A stretch of DNA of 64,000 nt from Patescibacteria group bacterium (GCA_041674405.1 JBAYVT010000005.1:77047-141046), one strand, 5' to 3'. Numbered from the stretch's first letter, positions 17,357-25,546 are shown. Numbers and translations: made by a program. The notes: generated by a model from the letters alone, not told the origin.

Positions 17357-19899
17357 TAATATGTGATTGGGGAAGTAAGTGGGTTCTGGCCATTATTCGC
17401 CCATTCTACAAAATCTCCAGAATTTGGGTCGGCGCTTGCAACAAATGTTCCGCCATTTAAATAAGCATCAAACCCAAGGCTACTGCTCCCTGTTATATCC
17501 GACGGCTCGCATCTGTATCGGTAGGTATCACTTGGAATTCGCAAAAGTTCATCATCTACCGTTGCAACGCCCGTCATATCGCCAATTTCAATGGACACTT
17601 GAATTACATCCCCTAGCTGCAGCGCATAGGGATTAAAAGCAGCCCCAGACCCCTGCCTATTTATCGGAACCAGTTTTTTGCGAATATTAAATTGCGGCCC
17701 ACCTGTTACAACTATTAATCTGCCATCTTGCCCATCATAAACTTTATCCCCATCGCTATTATTGATTGACCAAGCCCCATTCTTGCTGCCCCTGGCTCCA
17801 CTCACTCTCGAAGCTGTTCTAATAGCACTTGAATCAAGATTGGAGTTTGTATATTGAATAAATATGTAACCCCCGCCTCCCCCAGACGATCCATCAATGT
17901 TATACAAAGGCACAGAAATCAAATTACGGTTGCCAGTGATTGGAATCTCTTGGGCAGATGCTGAAAATACTCCGGACAAACCAACGCCCACATTCAAAGT
18001 TGAGACCCTAATATTAATACTTCCCCCAGCTCCTCCGGCATAACCAGAGTCATTGTCATAAGGCTGCTGCATAGAACTGGTCCATCTTCCCTCAGCAAAA
18101 ATTGCTCTTGAAGATTGAATGGCTAAAACTGATGAATTTATTTCTAATAAACCACCACCGTCACCACCACCATTCCAGCTTCCAGTATATCCGCCCCCAG
18201 AACCAAGACTACTTGGATTATCAGCTGGTCCCCCGTATGTGTTATTTGGCCAATCTGGCGGTTTGCGCCACGTATTACCTCCACAATTTAACCCACTATC
18301 ACCGGCCCCACCTTCTCCTGCATGCGACCCAGCACTAGCAATTGCGGTACACCCACCATTCATTGAAATACCTCCGCCTGGCGCTCCATCAAACGAAACG
18401 CTACCTCCCCTAAGGCGAGTTGAACCATAATTCGGTTGAGTCCCAACACCCCAAGCACCCGCATACCCAGATCCGGTTGCATCAATTTTTCCACCGCTTC
18501 GTATTAAAATTGTGTTGGCCACATTGAGATGTAGGCCCGCTGGATTGTTATTATAATTATCCGCATATGCTTGATCCAACGCATTCCAATTAATAGTTCC
18601 CCCATCATAATGCGAGCCTAAAATATTGTAGCTTGGAATCGCGCCACCTTTGTCATCCCAAGTACCAAGTGGATCGGCTACTGGGGTAGAGTTTTGCCCC
18701 CATCCTTGCCACTCAAATTTGAAGGTATCATCGTTGTGGTATGCATCCCATTTGCCATAAGACTCGCCGGTTCCTCCATTGGAACCAACAGGACTATCGA
18801 GCATTCTTAAATCTTGCCTTAAATTCATGTTACGCTTGTGTCCAGCCAGAACCGCATTAGAAAAGCCAGATCCCATATTAAGGTCATATTGTGGAATAGT
18901 CTTTTCGGTATAGGCAGAAATATAATAGTCGAAATCCATTCTTCTCACCAAAGATGTATTTACAGTTCCATCTTCATTGGAGCCATAGAAATTACTCAGA
19001 GGCATAGCTACAGCAGCCACAGCAACGCCATATGGGGACGAGGGATTGAGCTCGATATAATTCAACCAGAGTTGTGATGATCCACTGACTTCACCAAAAT
19101 AAATTTTAACCGGCACATAAGTAGTGGACCCAGTTCCGGTCATTAAGGTTCTTGTGCACGCATCAAGGCCATAGTATCGATTCGCTGGTGATCCATTGCC
19201 AGCATTATCGCCATATATTGGCCAACTAGCCGATAATGAGTCACTATAAATAGTATGCCAGTAAGTAGTATCAACTGTTGTAGCGGGTGCGCTACACGAA
19301 GCGTCGGTTCCGACTTCGATTGCCATCGCATCATCAAGTTTTCCTCCGGCCGCTTGAGGAAATATAAGATTTGTACCTGTTAATTTTATGAAACCTGTCC
19401 AAACCACTCCCCAATAATCAGATGAATATGTGGGGCGATTCAAATGCCCCGTTCTATCTGCATATGCTTGGGTTAATGTACCATTATTTGTAACTGTCAA
19501 GTTATTTAAATTTACCGATCCCTCTGCCATCAATGTTGCGAGTCCAGATGTACTGCCTACCGTAAGGTTTGTGTTTGAATCCACTGCAAAACCGGTATCA
19601 ACATTGTAGAATGTGCTTAAAAATCGCTGGTCGAGCTGAGCATCATTCATTGCCGGCAAAAAAGGAGATTGGTATGTATAAATATGTCCGTCAGTTTTCA
19701 ATAGGTACGAACCAGTTTGAATTGTAACGTCATTACCGGTTTGCACTATCGCTGCCCGCGTCTTGCTCGCGCCGTTCATCATATTGGTCACAATGGCAAG
19801 CCCAGAAAATATCACAAGCAAAATAAGCGCCACATACGTGAAAATTCGCCTGCGATTTATACGATCAATTATCGAGATCTCTCTCATATCCCCTCGCAA
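17335..19899 (-). CDS. Large Gly-rich cell-surface protein (possible pilus-tip adhesin/PilY1-like analogue)
   Basis: 854 aa with an N-terminal TM anchor and GGGGGY, GGGDGGG and SGGGGG tracts. Confidence 0.55.
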   Translation of the reverse strand: MRGDMREISIIDRINRRRIFTYVALILLVIFSGLAIVTNMMNGASKTRAAIVQTGNDVTIQTGSYLLKTDGHIYTYQSPFLPAMNDAQLDQRFLSTFYNVDTGFAVDSNTNLTVGSTSGLATLMAEGSVNLNNLTVTNNGTLTQAYADRTGHLNRPTYSSDYWGVVWTGFIKLTGTNLIFPQAAGGKLDDAMAIEVGTDASCSAPATTVDTTYWHTIYSDSLSASWPIYGDNAGNGSPANRYYGLDACTRTLMTGTGSTTYVPVKIYFGEVSGSSQLWLNYIELNPSSPYGVAVAAVAMPLSNFYGSNEDGTVNTSLVRRMDFDYYISAYTEKTIPQYDLNMGSGFSNAVLAGHKRNMNLRQDLRMLDSPVGSNGGTGESYGKWDAYHNDDTFKFEWQGWGQNSTPVADPLGTWDDKGGAIPSYNILGSHYDGGTINWNALDQAYADNYNNNPAGLHLNVANTILIRSGGKIDATGSGYAGAWGVGTQPNYGSTRLRGGSVSFDGAPGGGISMNGGCTAIASAGSHAGEGGAGDSGLNCGGNTWRKPPDWPNNTYGGPADNPSSLGSGGGYTGSWNGGGDGGGLLEINSSVLAIQSSRAIFAEGRWTSSMQQPYDNDSGYAGGAGGSINIRVSTLNVGVGLSGVFSASAQEIPITGNRNLISVPLYNIDGSSGGGGGYIFIQYTNSNLDSSAIRTASRVSGARGSKNGAWSINNSDGDKVYDGQDGRLIVVTGGPQFNIRKKLVPINRQGSGAAFNPYALQLGDVIQVSIEIGDMTGVATVDDELLRIPSDTYRYRCEPSDITGSSSLGFDAYLNGGTFVASADPNSGDFVEWANNGQNPLTSPITYYCQVRTY

Positions 19900-19954
19900 T
19901 AAATATATCTTATGAAATTTTGATTACAACGATATTATAAACACTACGGAAAAA

Positions 19955-20635
19955 CTATACAACTCTTTTTAATTTCTTCTTTGCCTGTTCTATTTGAATT
20001 ATTGCCTTGACGATGTCCTCATACATTTTATATCGGCTTTTTATCCCGGCCCAGATATCATCATTCTTTTCTTCCTTAATTACCTGGGTTAAACCGTGCA
20101 AAACCACAATCTCACGCCGCTCCTTTGGAACAGCCGCCGTAATCAATGCATCAACGCCGAATCTGGAATGTTTAATTTTTGCAAGTGGAGGCAAATTCTT
20201 CCGCCAAATCACACGTTGGCCGGAGATTGCAGGAAATGCCCTATTGGCGATTTTTGTGGTTGTAAGCTTATCAATATTGAATACACCAAGCGAAAGATCA
20301 GCCGTTTTCATAAATGCCACCGGTCCCAAAAGCTCCAAAATATGCCCCTCTGTTAAACCAATCAAGTCGGCATCCAAAAACAACAAAAGCGGATGGTGCG
20401 AATGTTTAATGCCATTATATAAAGCCATTCCCTTGCCGCCATTTTGTTTGTTTTTAAGAAGGCGTACATTTGAATATTTTTTAACAATTTCGCATGTTTT
20501 ATCCTTTGAGCAATCATCCACAACAATTTTTTCATCAATAAAATCAAGCGGAGCGACTACGTCGAGAACTTTGCGAATATTTTTTGCTTCGTTGTATGCA
20601 CAGATAATCAGTGAAATTTTTTGTTCAAATTTCAT
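19955..20635 (-). CDS. Family 2 glycosyltransferase
   Basis: 226 aa. N-terminal ISLIICAYNEAKNI...VVDDCSKDKT (DxD-type GT-A). Confidence 0.75.
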   Translation of the reverse strand: MKFEQKISLIICAYNEAKNIRKVLDVVAPLDFIDEKIVVDDCSKDKTCEIVKKYSNVRLLKNKQNGGKGMALYNGIKHSHHPLLLFLDADLIGLTEGHILELLGPVAFMKTADLSLGVFNIDKLTTTKIANRAFPAISGQRVIWRKNLPPLAKIKHSRFGVDALITAAVPKERREIVVLHGLTQVIKEEKNDDIWAGIKSRYKMYEDIVKAIIQIEQAKKKLKRVV

Positions 20636-20749
20636 CGCAGACTAATTATACCAAACTATAAAATAAAAATCAGTTTTTGTCGTATAAACGCAGCAACTCC
20701 CACAGACTGGCTGCGGGAGTTGGAGATCTGCCGTTCCCCGGAGGGAACA

Positions 20750-21277
20750 TTACGGCGCGTAGCTGGGGGGAGTGAGATGGCCAGCAATGGTCGTCCCGTT
20801 GTTCGTAGTGACGATGTCACCCTCCGCGGCGAAGTTGGCGGCGAGGCACGCCGCCGCGCCGTCTACCGAGATGTGGTTGCCGTCCATGGCGACCACCTCC
20901 ATCCACCAGGAGCCCTCCTCGTACTGCATCAGAAGATAGGGCTGGGTGCCCTGGCCCAGGTCCAGACTCCGAAGAGCCAGAGACAGGATCTCCTGGCTAG
21001 GCCGGATAGGGACCGACCCGACCTCGACATCGGCAGTGTTGTAGACCTTGATCTGGCCGTTGCCGGTCCCGTCGCGGGACATGGTCAAGTACGTGATGCC
21101 ATCGCCGCTGTCGAGGCGAGCGATGTTGCCCAAGCCGTCTGTGGCCCACTTCACACCCGCCGTCGGGAAGGCCGGGTCCACGCTTCCGCCTCCGCCACCA
21201 CCACAACCAGTCGAGATGAGGATCGCCACCAACATGGCGACCAGTCCGACCAACAACATCCATTTGCGCATGTTCAT
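20750..21277 (-). CDS. High-GC orphan lipoprotein-like protein (start ambiguous: Met at 21304, 21277 or 21271)
   Basis: Signal peptide MRKWMLLVGLVAMLVAILISTGCGGGGGG followed by a G/T/D-rich domain. GC is far above the flanks. The antisense 247-aa ORF is Arg-rich and looks spurious. Confidence 0.5.
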   Translation of the reverse strand: MNMRKWMLLVGLVAMLVAILISTGCGGGGGGSVDPAFPTAGVKWATDGLGNIARLDSGDGITYLTMSRDGTGNGQIKVYNTADVEVGSVPIRPSQEILSLALRSLDLGQGTQPYLLMQYEEGSWWMEVVAMDGNHISVDGAAACLAANFAAEGDIVTTNNGTTIAGHLTPPSYAP

Positions 21278-21540
21278 CACCTGTTCCAGGAGTTCGTACA
21301 CCATGTGGCGGCATACGTATTACAGCGCCATCAAACTAGCATATATTCAGCAATTTGTCAATAATAGATAATTATTTTCTGCCGTTATGCTACCGGCCAC
21401 AAAAAATTCTTCAGCCAAGCCAATCAAAAAATTTCCAACCATCTGGCTGGAAATTTTTTGTCAGACTTGCATACCTTTGTATATCCGAAACACAATGGAT
21501 AAGCATTGTGAAGTTGTTTTTAAAGCTACTTTATCCTAAT

Positions 21541-21572
21541 AAAAATAATCAGCTCTAAACTGATTATTTTTT
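21541..21572 (-). terminator. Intrinsic terminator downstream of rdgB; a near-identical copy lies at 23272-23304
   Basis: AAAAATAATCAG-ctctaaa-CTGATTATTTTTT. Confidence 0.65.
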
Positions 21573-21639
21573 GCAGAAAACATTGGAAGATACTGGAGAT
21601 TGTCTAGCGGTAAAACATTTTTAACGACAATACGGTACT

Positions 21640-22257
21640 TTAAAGACTAAAGTACTTGTCAAGTTCCTTGATCGCTGACCTAAAAGCTTTTCCCCTATGA
21701 TTTATTTCTATTAAATCATTTGGGTCGAACTCAGCATTTGTTTTTTTATAATTAGCATTTTTTGATAAAAATATGGGTGCGTATCCAAAACTTTTTGTTC
21801 CTTTTGGCTCGAGTGCGATGCGACCATCCCACCTTCCTTCGGTTGTCTTAACAAATTTGGTTGAAGGATCATATATAGCAACATTGCAGTTATAATGACA
21901 ACCCCGCATACTCATCGGAATCTCATTCATCTTTGACAGAACTTTTCTGTTATTTGCCTCGTCTGTTCCTTCTTCCGAATAACGGGACGAGCATATTCCC
22001 GGTTCTCCACCAAGAGCATCAATGCAAATTCCACTATCATCAGCAAGCGTAGTCATTTGCAAATTGTCGCCAATTACAATTGCTTTAATTAGCGCATTTC
22101 CTTCAAAACTTTCTGCATTTTCCTGAACCTTAAGATCAGCAATCTTGTCTTTATAATCATAAAGGAATTTCAAGTCATAATTTGAGTTCTTAAAAATCTC
22201 CCGAATTTCCCTTGCCTTACCTTGATTCGCAGTGGCGATTAAAATTGTTTTTTTCAT
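21640..22257 (-). CDS. rdgB: dITP/XTP pyrophosphatase (Ham1/RdgB family)
   Basis: 205 aa. ILIATANQGKAREIREIF... matches the Ham1 signature. Confidence 0.8.
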   Translation of the reverse strand: MKKTILIATANQGKAREIREIFKNSNYDLKFLYDYKDKIADLKVQENAESFEGNALIKAIVIGDNLQMTTLADDSGICIDALGGEPGICSSRYSEEGTDEANNRKVLSKMNEIPMSMRGCHYNCNVAIYDPSTKFVKTTEGRWDGRIALEPKGTKSFGYAPIFLSKNANYKKTNAEFDPNDLIEINHRGKAFRSAIKELDKYFSL

Positions 22258-22474
22258 AAATTATTATTTAGGATATTGTTGGCTAATATAGTATCAGAAA
22301 CACAAGTTCAATTCCAGCCATTTTTTAATGACAAAATATCCAATCTGTAGGTGGATATCTTTGGCAATGTAAATATGCAAAGTTAGAACTTGTTATAATG
22401 CCGCATAATCAAAACGGCCGCCCCCGAAGAGGCGACCGTCTGATAATACACCGGAAACGCTCCGGCGCGACTCA

Positions 22475-23149
22475 CTAGCGAAGGCTGAGGTAGCCTTGCT
22501 TCAGTTGCTCGTGAGAGATGGTGATGGTGGCGTACAGCACCCGGTTCTCGTCGATCAGGCTTCCGGGATTCTCGAAGTTCCAGGACGGCAGCCAGAGCAA
22601 GTTGTCCACGTAGTACTTGAAGCGAACCACAGGGGGGCCTTGCTCGCTGGTCAGGACCTTCACCCTCTCCATCGGAAGAGAGCTAACGAAGGTTGGCACA
22701 TCTCCCCCGCTTTGGTTTTGGGGAAGCGACCAGCAGAAGACATAGCTGACTCCTGGCCGAGACTTTCCCTCGACGCTGCCCTCGACGTAGCCTCCGAGGA
22801 AATTGCCTCCCCCGCTTAGGCTTCCACTGAGGTCAGACTTCTGGCCTTTGCTCACCAGCGGGTTGAAGACCAGTGGATGGGGCCCGAGCAGATGGTATCT
22901 CTCCAACTGCCCAATGTTCCACTTCACCCATCCAGTATCTCTGGCAGACTTCTCTCTGGCCCGCTTGATGGCAGAGTCATAGAGTTCGAAGTTACCTATC
23001 CGTGGGTTAAAGCTTCGTTCCCAGAAGTAGTCGGGCGTGTCGAGCCTGACTTTCAGCCAAGACTTGTCCGCGGGAGTCAGCCCCTTGGAGCAGCCTACAA
23101 CTGACACACCTACCAACAGAACCAACAACACGACAGCGATCTTTCGCAT
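22475..23149 (-). CDS. High-GC orphan lipoprotein
   Basis: 224 aa. MRKIAVVLLVLLVGVSVVGCSKG is a signal peptide plus lipobox (VVGC). SD AGGAAGG upstream. A GC-rich hairpin plus T-tract follows at 22411-22440. Confidence 0.55.
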   Translation of the reverse strand: MRKIAVVLLVLLVGVSVVGCSKGLTPADKSWLKVRLDTPDYFWERSFNPRIGNFELYDSAIKRAREKSARDTGWVKWNIGQLERYHLLGPHPLVFNPLVSKGQKSDLSGSLSGGGNFLGGYVEGSVEGKSRPGVSYVFCWSLPQNQSGGDVPTFVSSLPMERVKVLTSEQGPPVVRFKYYVDNLLWLPSWNFENPGSLIDENRVLYATITISHEQLKQGYLSLR

Positions 23150-23271
23150 CTTGATCGTCCCTTCCTGGATATCGGTCTAGATTTGTGTTTCAGAGCTTAA
23201 ACACAATAACACAATATTACAAATATGTCAATTATTAACTTCATTGAAGTTATATAAATATAGAACTCAAC

Positions 23272-23304
23272 AAAAAATAACCAGCACTAAACTGATTATT
23301 TATT
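23272..23304 (-). terminator. Intrinsic terminator downstream of the NUDIX gene (paralogous copy of 21541-21572)
   Basis: AAAAAATAACCAG-cactaaa-CTGATTATTTATT. Confidence 0.55.
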
Positions 23305-23354
23305 GGCAGGATATAGCAACTGAAATCAGAAACTTTTATTTGAGTGCAAATGTT

Positions 23355-23891
23355 CTATATTAGTTTCTTTTCTTTTAAATATCTTAAACCAACGAGACCC
23401 GTTGCCATGTCTGTCAGCTCTCCGGAAAGCAAGTGTTTCTCAAATTCATTTAAACTTAGTAATACTACTTCGACAAACTCAGTTTTTTCATTTTCTGGTT
23501 CTTTCACTTGTTTGCAATTTAGTGCTATAAAATTATGAAGTTCGGTATCCGAATAAGCACACTTATAAGCCTTATTAACAAGGTAAAATTCTCCTGTATA
23601 ACCAGTTTCTTCCAGTAACTCTCTTTTTATCCCATCAACCGGATATTCATTATTATCGATGCCTCCACCAGGTAGCTCAAGCAATATTTTCTCGCACCCA
23701 GGTCTAAATTGTCTCGCTAGAATTATTTTTTTATCTTCAGTAATCGCCAGCACTGCAGCAACAGGGCCCTCTTTCTTTATATGATAATTCTCAACTTCTC
23801 CATCAGGCATGCGAAAAGTTTTTTTGATAATTTTTCTAAAACCAACCTTAATCGGCTCTTCCTCTTTTATTTTTTTCCACCTTATACTCAT
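23355..23891 (-). CDS. NUDIX hydrolase
   Basis: 178 aa. Nudix box GGGIDNNEYPVDGIKRELLEETGY. Confidence 0.8.
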   Translation of the reverse strand: MSIRWKKIKEEEPIKVGFRKIIKKTFRMPDGEVENYHIKKEGPVAAVLAITEDKKIILARQFRPGCEKILLELPGGGIDNNEYPVDGIKRELLEETGYTGEFYLVNKAYKCAYSDTELHNFIALNCKQVKEPENEKTEFVEVVLLSLNEFEKHLLSGELTDMATGLVGLRYLKEKKLI

Positions 23892-24038
23892 TATTCTTTC
23901 TCCTTTTTATCATTTACCAATATCACTCTAGCAAATTCACGCCAATTGTTCTAACAATGTATTACCTATACAAAAATAACCACTCATAGAGTGGATATTT
24001 TTTGGCGAAGAACAGCGAAAGAAGTTAGAACTTGTAAA

Positions 24039-24677
24039 TTAGTGCCCCGTGATAATAATTGATGGAAATGCTGTTTTAAACAGCTCCAAACGCTCTTTGG
24101 ATTTTTCGATACTTTCGTCGGCGTACTGCTTAATTTTTTTCGATATCTCATTGCCCTTAATGCCATTCACTTTATAATCCGATAATTGCACCTCTGTTAT
24201 ATGATCCCAAATTGGGAAACTTACTTTCTTATTGATAACATCATCGGAAAATCGCTTAGAAATACTCTGATAATAAAATCCCCTGTCAAATGGATGAAAA
24301 TAAACTAGGCAGATTTCATCGGCATGCTTGCCAAGAATTCGTTGCAAAACCGTAGGATCGGCAATGGCCGAATCTAAAGCGATGTTTGAAACGGCTAGCA
24401 TATTATCAATAAACCCTTTGGCTGTAGTTTCAAAAGATTCTTGCCATTCCTTTGGGGCAATCCCGCCATAAACAGTAAAAGCTTCTTTGTCTTTTGCCCC
24501 AAATTTATTCCTCACGCTTTCCCGAACGATCAGATCAAATTCAATATGCTTATAGTTTAGACTTTCTAGCTCCCTGGCAAATGTTGATTTGCCCGTACAG
24601 GTTTTGCCACACAGGACAACTATTTGTGGTTTTTCGCAAATTATTCTTTCTTTCACTTGATTTGTAGTCAATTTCAT
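24039..24677 (-). CDS. P-loop NTPase / kinase-like protein
   Basis: 212 aa. Walker A VVLCGKTCTGKST near the N-terminus; otherwise unassigned. Confidence 0.55.
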   Translation of the reverse strand: MKLTTNQVKERIICEKPQIVVLCGKTCTGKSTFARELESLNYKHIEFDLIVRESVRNKFGAKDKEAFTVYGGIAPKEWQESFETTAKGFIDNMLAVSNIALDSAIADPTVLQRILGKHADEICLVYFHPFDRGFYYQSISKRFSDDVINKKVSFPIWDHITEVQLSDYKVNGIKGNEISKKIKQYADESIEKSKERLELFKTAFPSIIITGH

Positions 24678-24744
24678 TCTTCTAGTTTAGCACTTTTTTA
24701 TTTTCTTCTATCAATTGGGTTATATTCCCGAGTGCCATATACAA

Positions 24745-24946
24745 AAAATCACTAGTCCCAGACTAGCAATCTTTTGGCATGGGCTAGAGGAGGATCTCAC
24801 GTCGGCTATTCGCCTCCCTGGATACCCTCGGTTTCCGGCTCCTTCCGACATCGGGAGACCAAATGTTCTCCCGACCCCACTTTGTTCGACTCCTCTAAAA
24901 ACCAAAAGCCATCCCGCATAGTCAATCTTTGATTGGCGACGTGGGA
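24745..24946 (-). ncRNA. Candidate structured ncRNA, or long structured 3' extension of tRNA-Trp, ending in an intrinsic terminator
   Basis: GC-rich relative to the flanks. Nested hairpins: TAGAGGAG/CTCCTCTA closing stem, GTCGGGAGA-acatttgg-TCTCCCGA, GTCGG...CCGAC. Terminator CTAGTC-tggg-GACTAG plus T6 at 24745-24770. Only Arg/Pro-rich short ORFs overlap it. Confidence 0.4.
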
Positions 24947-25019
24947 TGGCAGGGGCTAGAGGAGTCGAACCTCTGACTAGGGTTTTGGAGACCCCTATTA
25001 TACCGTTTAACTAAGCCCC
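24947..25019 (-). tRNA. tRNA-Trp (anticodon CCA)
   Basis: Sense GGGGCTTAG...GGGGT-CTCCAAA-ACCCT...AGAGG-TTCGACT-CCTCT-AGCCCC-T-GCCA. Anticodon loop CUCCAAA; encoded CCA end. Confidence 0.85.
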
Positions 25020-25104
25020 TAAATGAGTCGTAAGCCCATAAAGTTGAGAGTCTATAAAGTAATTCAACAACTTTATGGACTTTAAAAACTTTACAGACTT
25101 TTGA

Positions 25105-25272
25105 CTACTTTGTTTCTTTATGTAACGTTGATTTTTTGCACTTTTTGCAATATTTTTTAAGCTCGATCCTTTTGATCACATCTTGGCCTTTTAGCCTTTT
25201 TTCAGTGTGATGGCCGCGCTCTTTGCAGACTTCACATTCAAGCGTTACAATTGTTCTTGCATCTTTTGCCAT
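25105..25272 (-). CDS. rpmG: 50S ribosomal protein L33
   Basis: 55 aa from an internal Met: MAKDARTIVTLECEVCKERGHHTEKRLKGQDVIKRIELKKYCKKCKKSTLHKETK (CxxC...CxxC zinc ribbon). SD AAAGGAAAT upstream. The 95-aa track ORF is an upstream extension through tRNA trailer sequence. Confidence 0.85.
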   Translation of the reverse strand: MAKDARTIVTLECEVCKERGHHTEKRLKGQDVIKRIELKKYCKKCKKSTLHKETK

Positions 25273-25383
25273 AATTTCCTTTCGAATATTTCGATTGATT
25301 TTATTATTGAGGCTCCTCGACAGGCTCGGAGTCATTCGACTCATCTGGTTTACCATGAGCGAACAGCTTTGTTGTGAGTCGAA

Positions 25384-25458
25384 TGGAGCCACCTGTCGGA
25401 TTTGGACCGACGACCTACTGTTTACAAAACAGTTGCTCTACCACTGAGCTAAGGTGGC
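25384..25458 (-). tRNA. tRNA-Thr (anticodon UGU)
   Basis: Sense GCCACCT-TA-GCTC-AGTGGTA-GAGC-A-ACTGT-TTTGTAA-ACAGT-AGGTC-GTCGG-TCCAAAT-CCGAC-AGGTGGC-T-CCA. Confidence 0.8.
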
Positions 25459-25459
25459 A

Positions 25460-25546
25460 TGGTGCTGAGAGCAGGATTCGAACCTGCGAAGGCCGGAGGC
25501 CGACAGATTTACAGTCTGTTGCGTTTGACCGCTTCGCTATCTCAGC
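25460..25546 (-). tRNA. tRNA-Tyr (anticodon GUA), class II with long variable arm
   Basis: Sense GCTGAGA...ACAGA-CTGTAAA-TCTGT; variable arm CGGCC-TCC-GGCC; GCAGG-TTCGAAT-CCTGC-TCTCAGC-A-CCA. Confidence 0.85.

Noticed and set aside
18119-18430. 103-aa Pro-rich plus-strand ORF inside the 854-aa surface-protein gene
   Set aside because: It is an antisense reading of a Gly-codon-rich region and not a credible gene.
20007-20645. 212-aa plus-strand ORF antisense to the GT2 gene
   Set aside because: It lies entirely within and opposite a well-supported glycosyltransferase ORF, with no motifs.
20621-21364. 247-aa plus-strand ORF across high-GC island 1
   Set aside because: It is Arg/Ala/His-rich low-complexity with no motifs, as typical of antisense reading of GC-rich DNA. 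The minus-strand frame has a convincing signal peptide and lipobox.
24715-24921. 68-aa (plus) and 61-aa (minus) ORFs over the tRNA-Trp trailer region
   Set aside because: The region is GC-rich with dense nested hairpins and a terminator. The ORFs are Pro/Arg/Gly-rich and lack an RBS. It is interpreted as structured RNA.
24745-24946. Assigning the structured element as SRP (4.5S) RNA
   Set aside because: It contains GGAAGGAGCC but lacks the conserved GGAAGCAGCC/AGCA asymmetric-loop signature of SRP RNA domain IV. It is left as an unclassified candidate.
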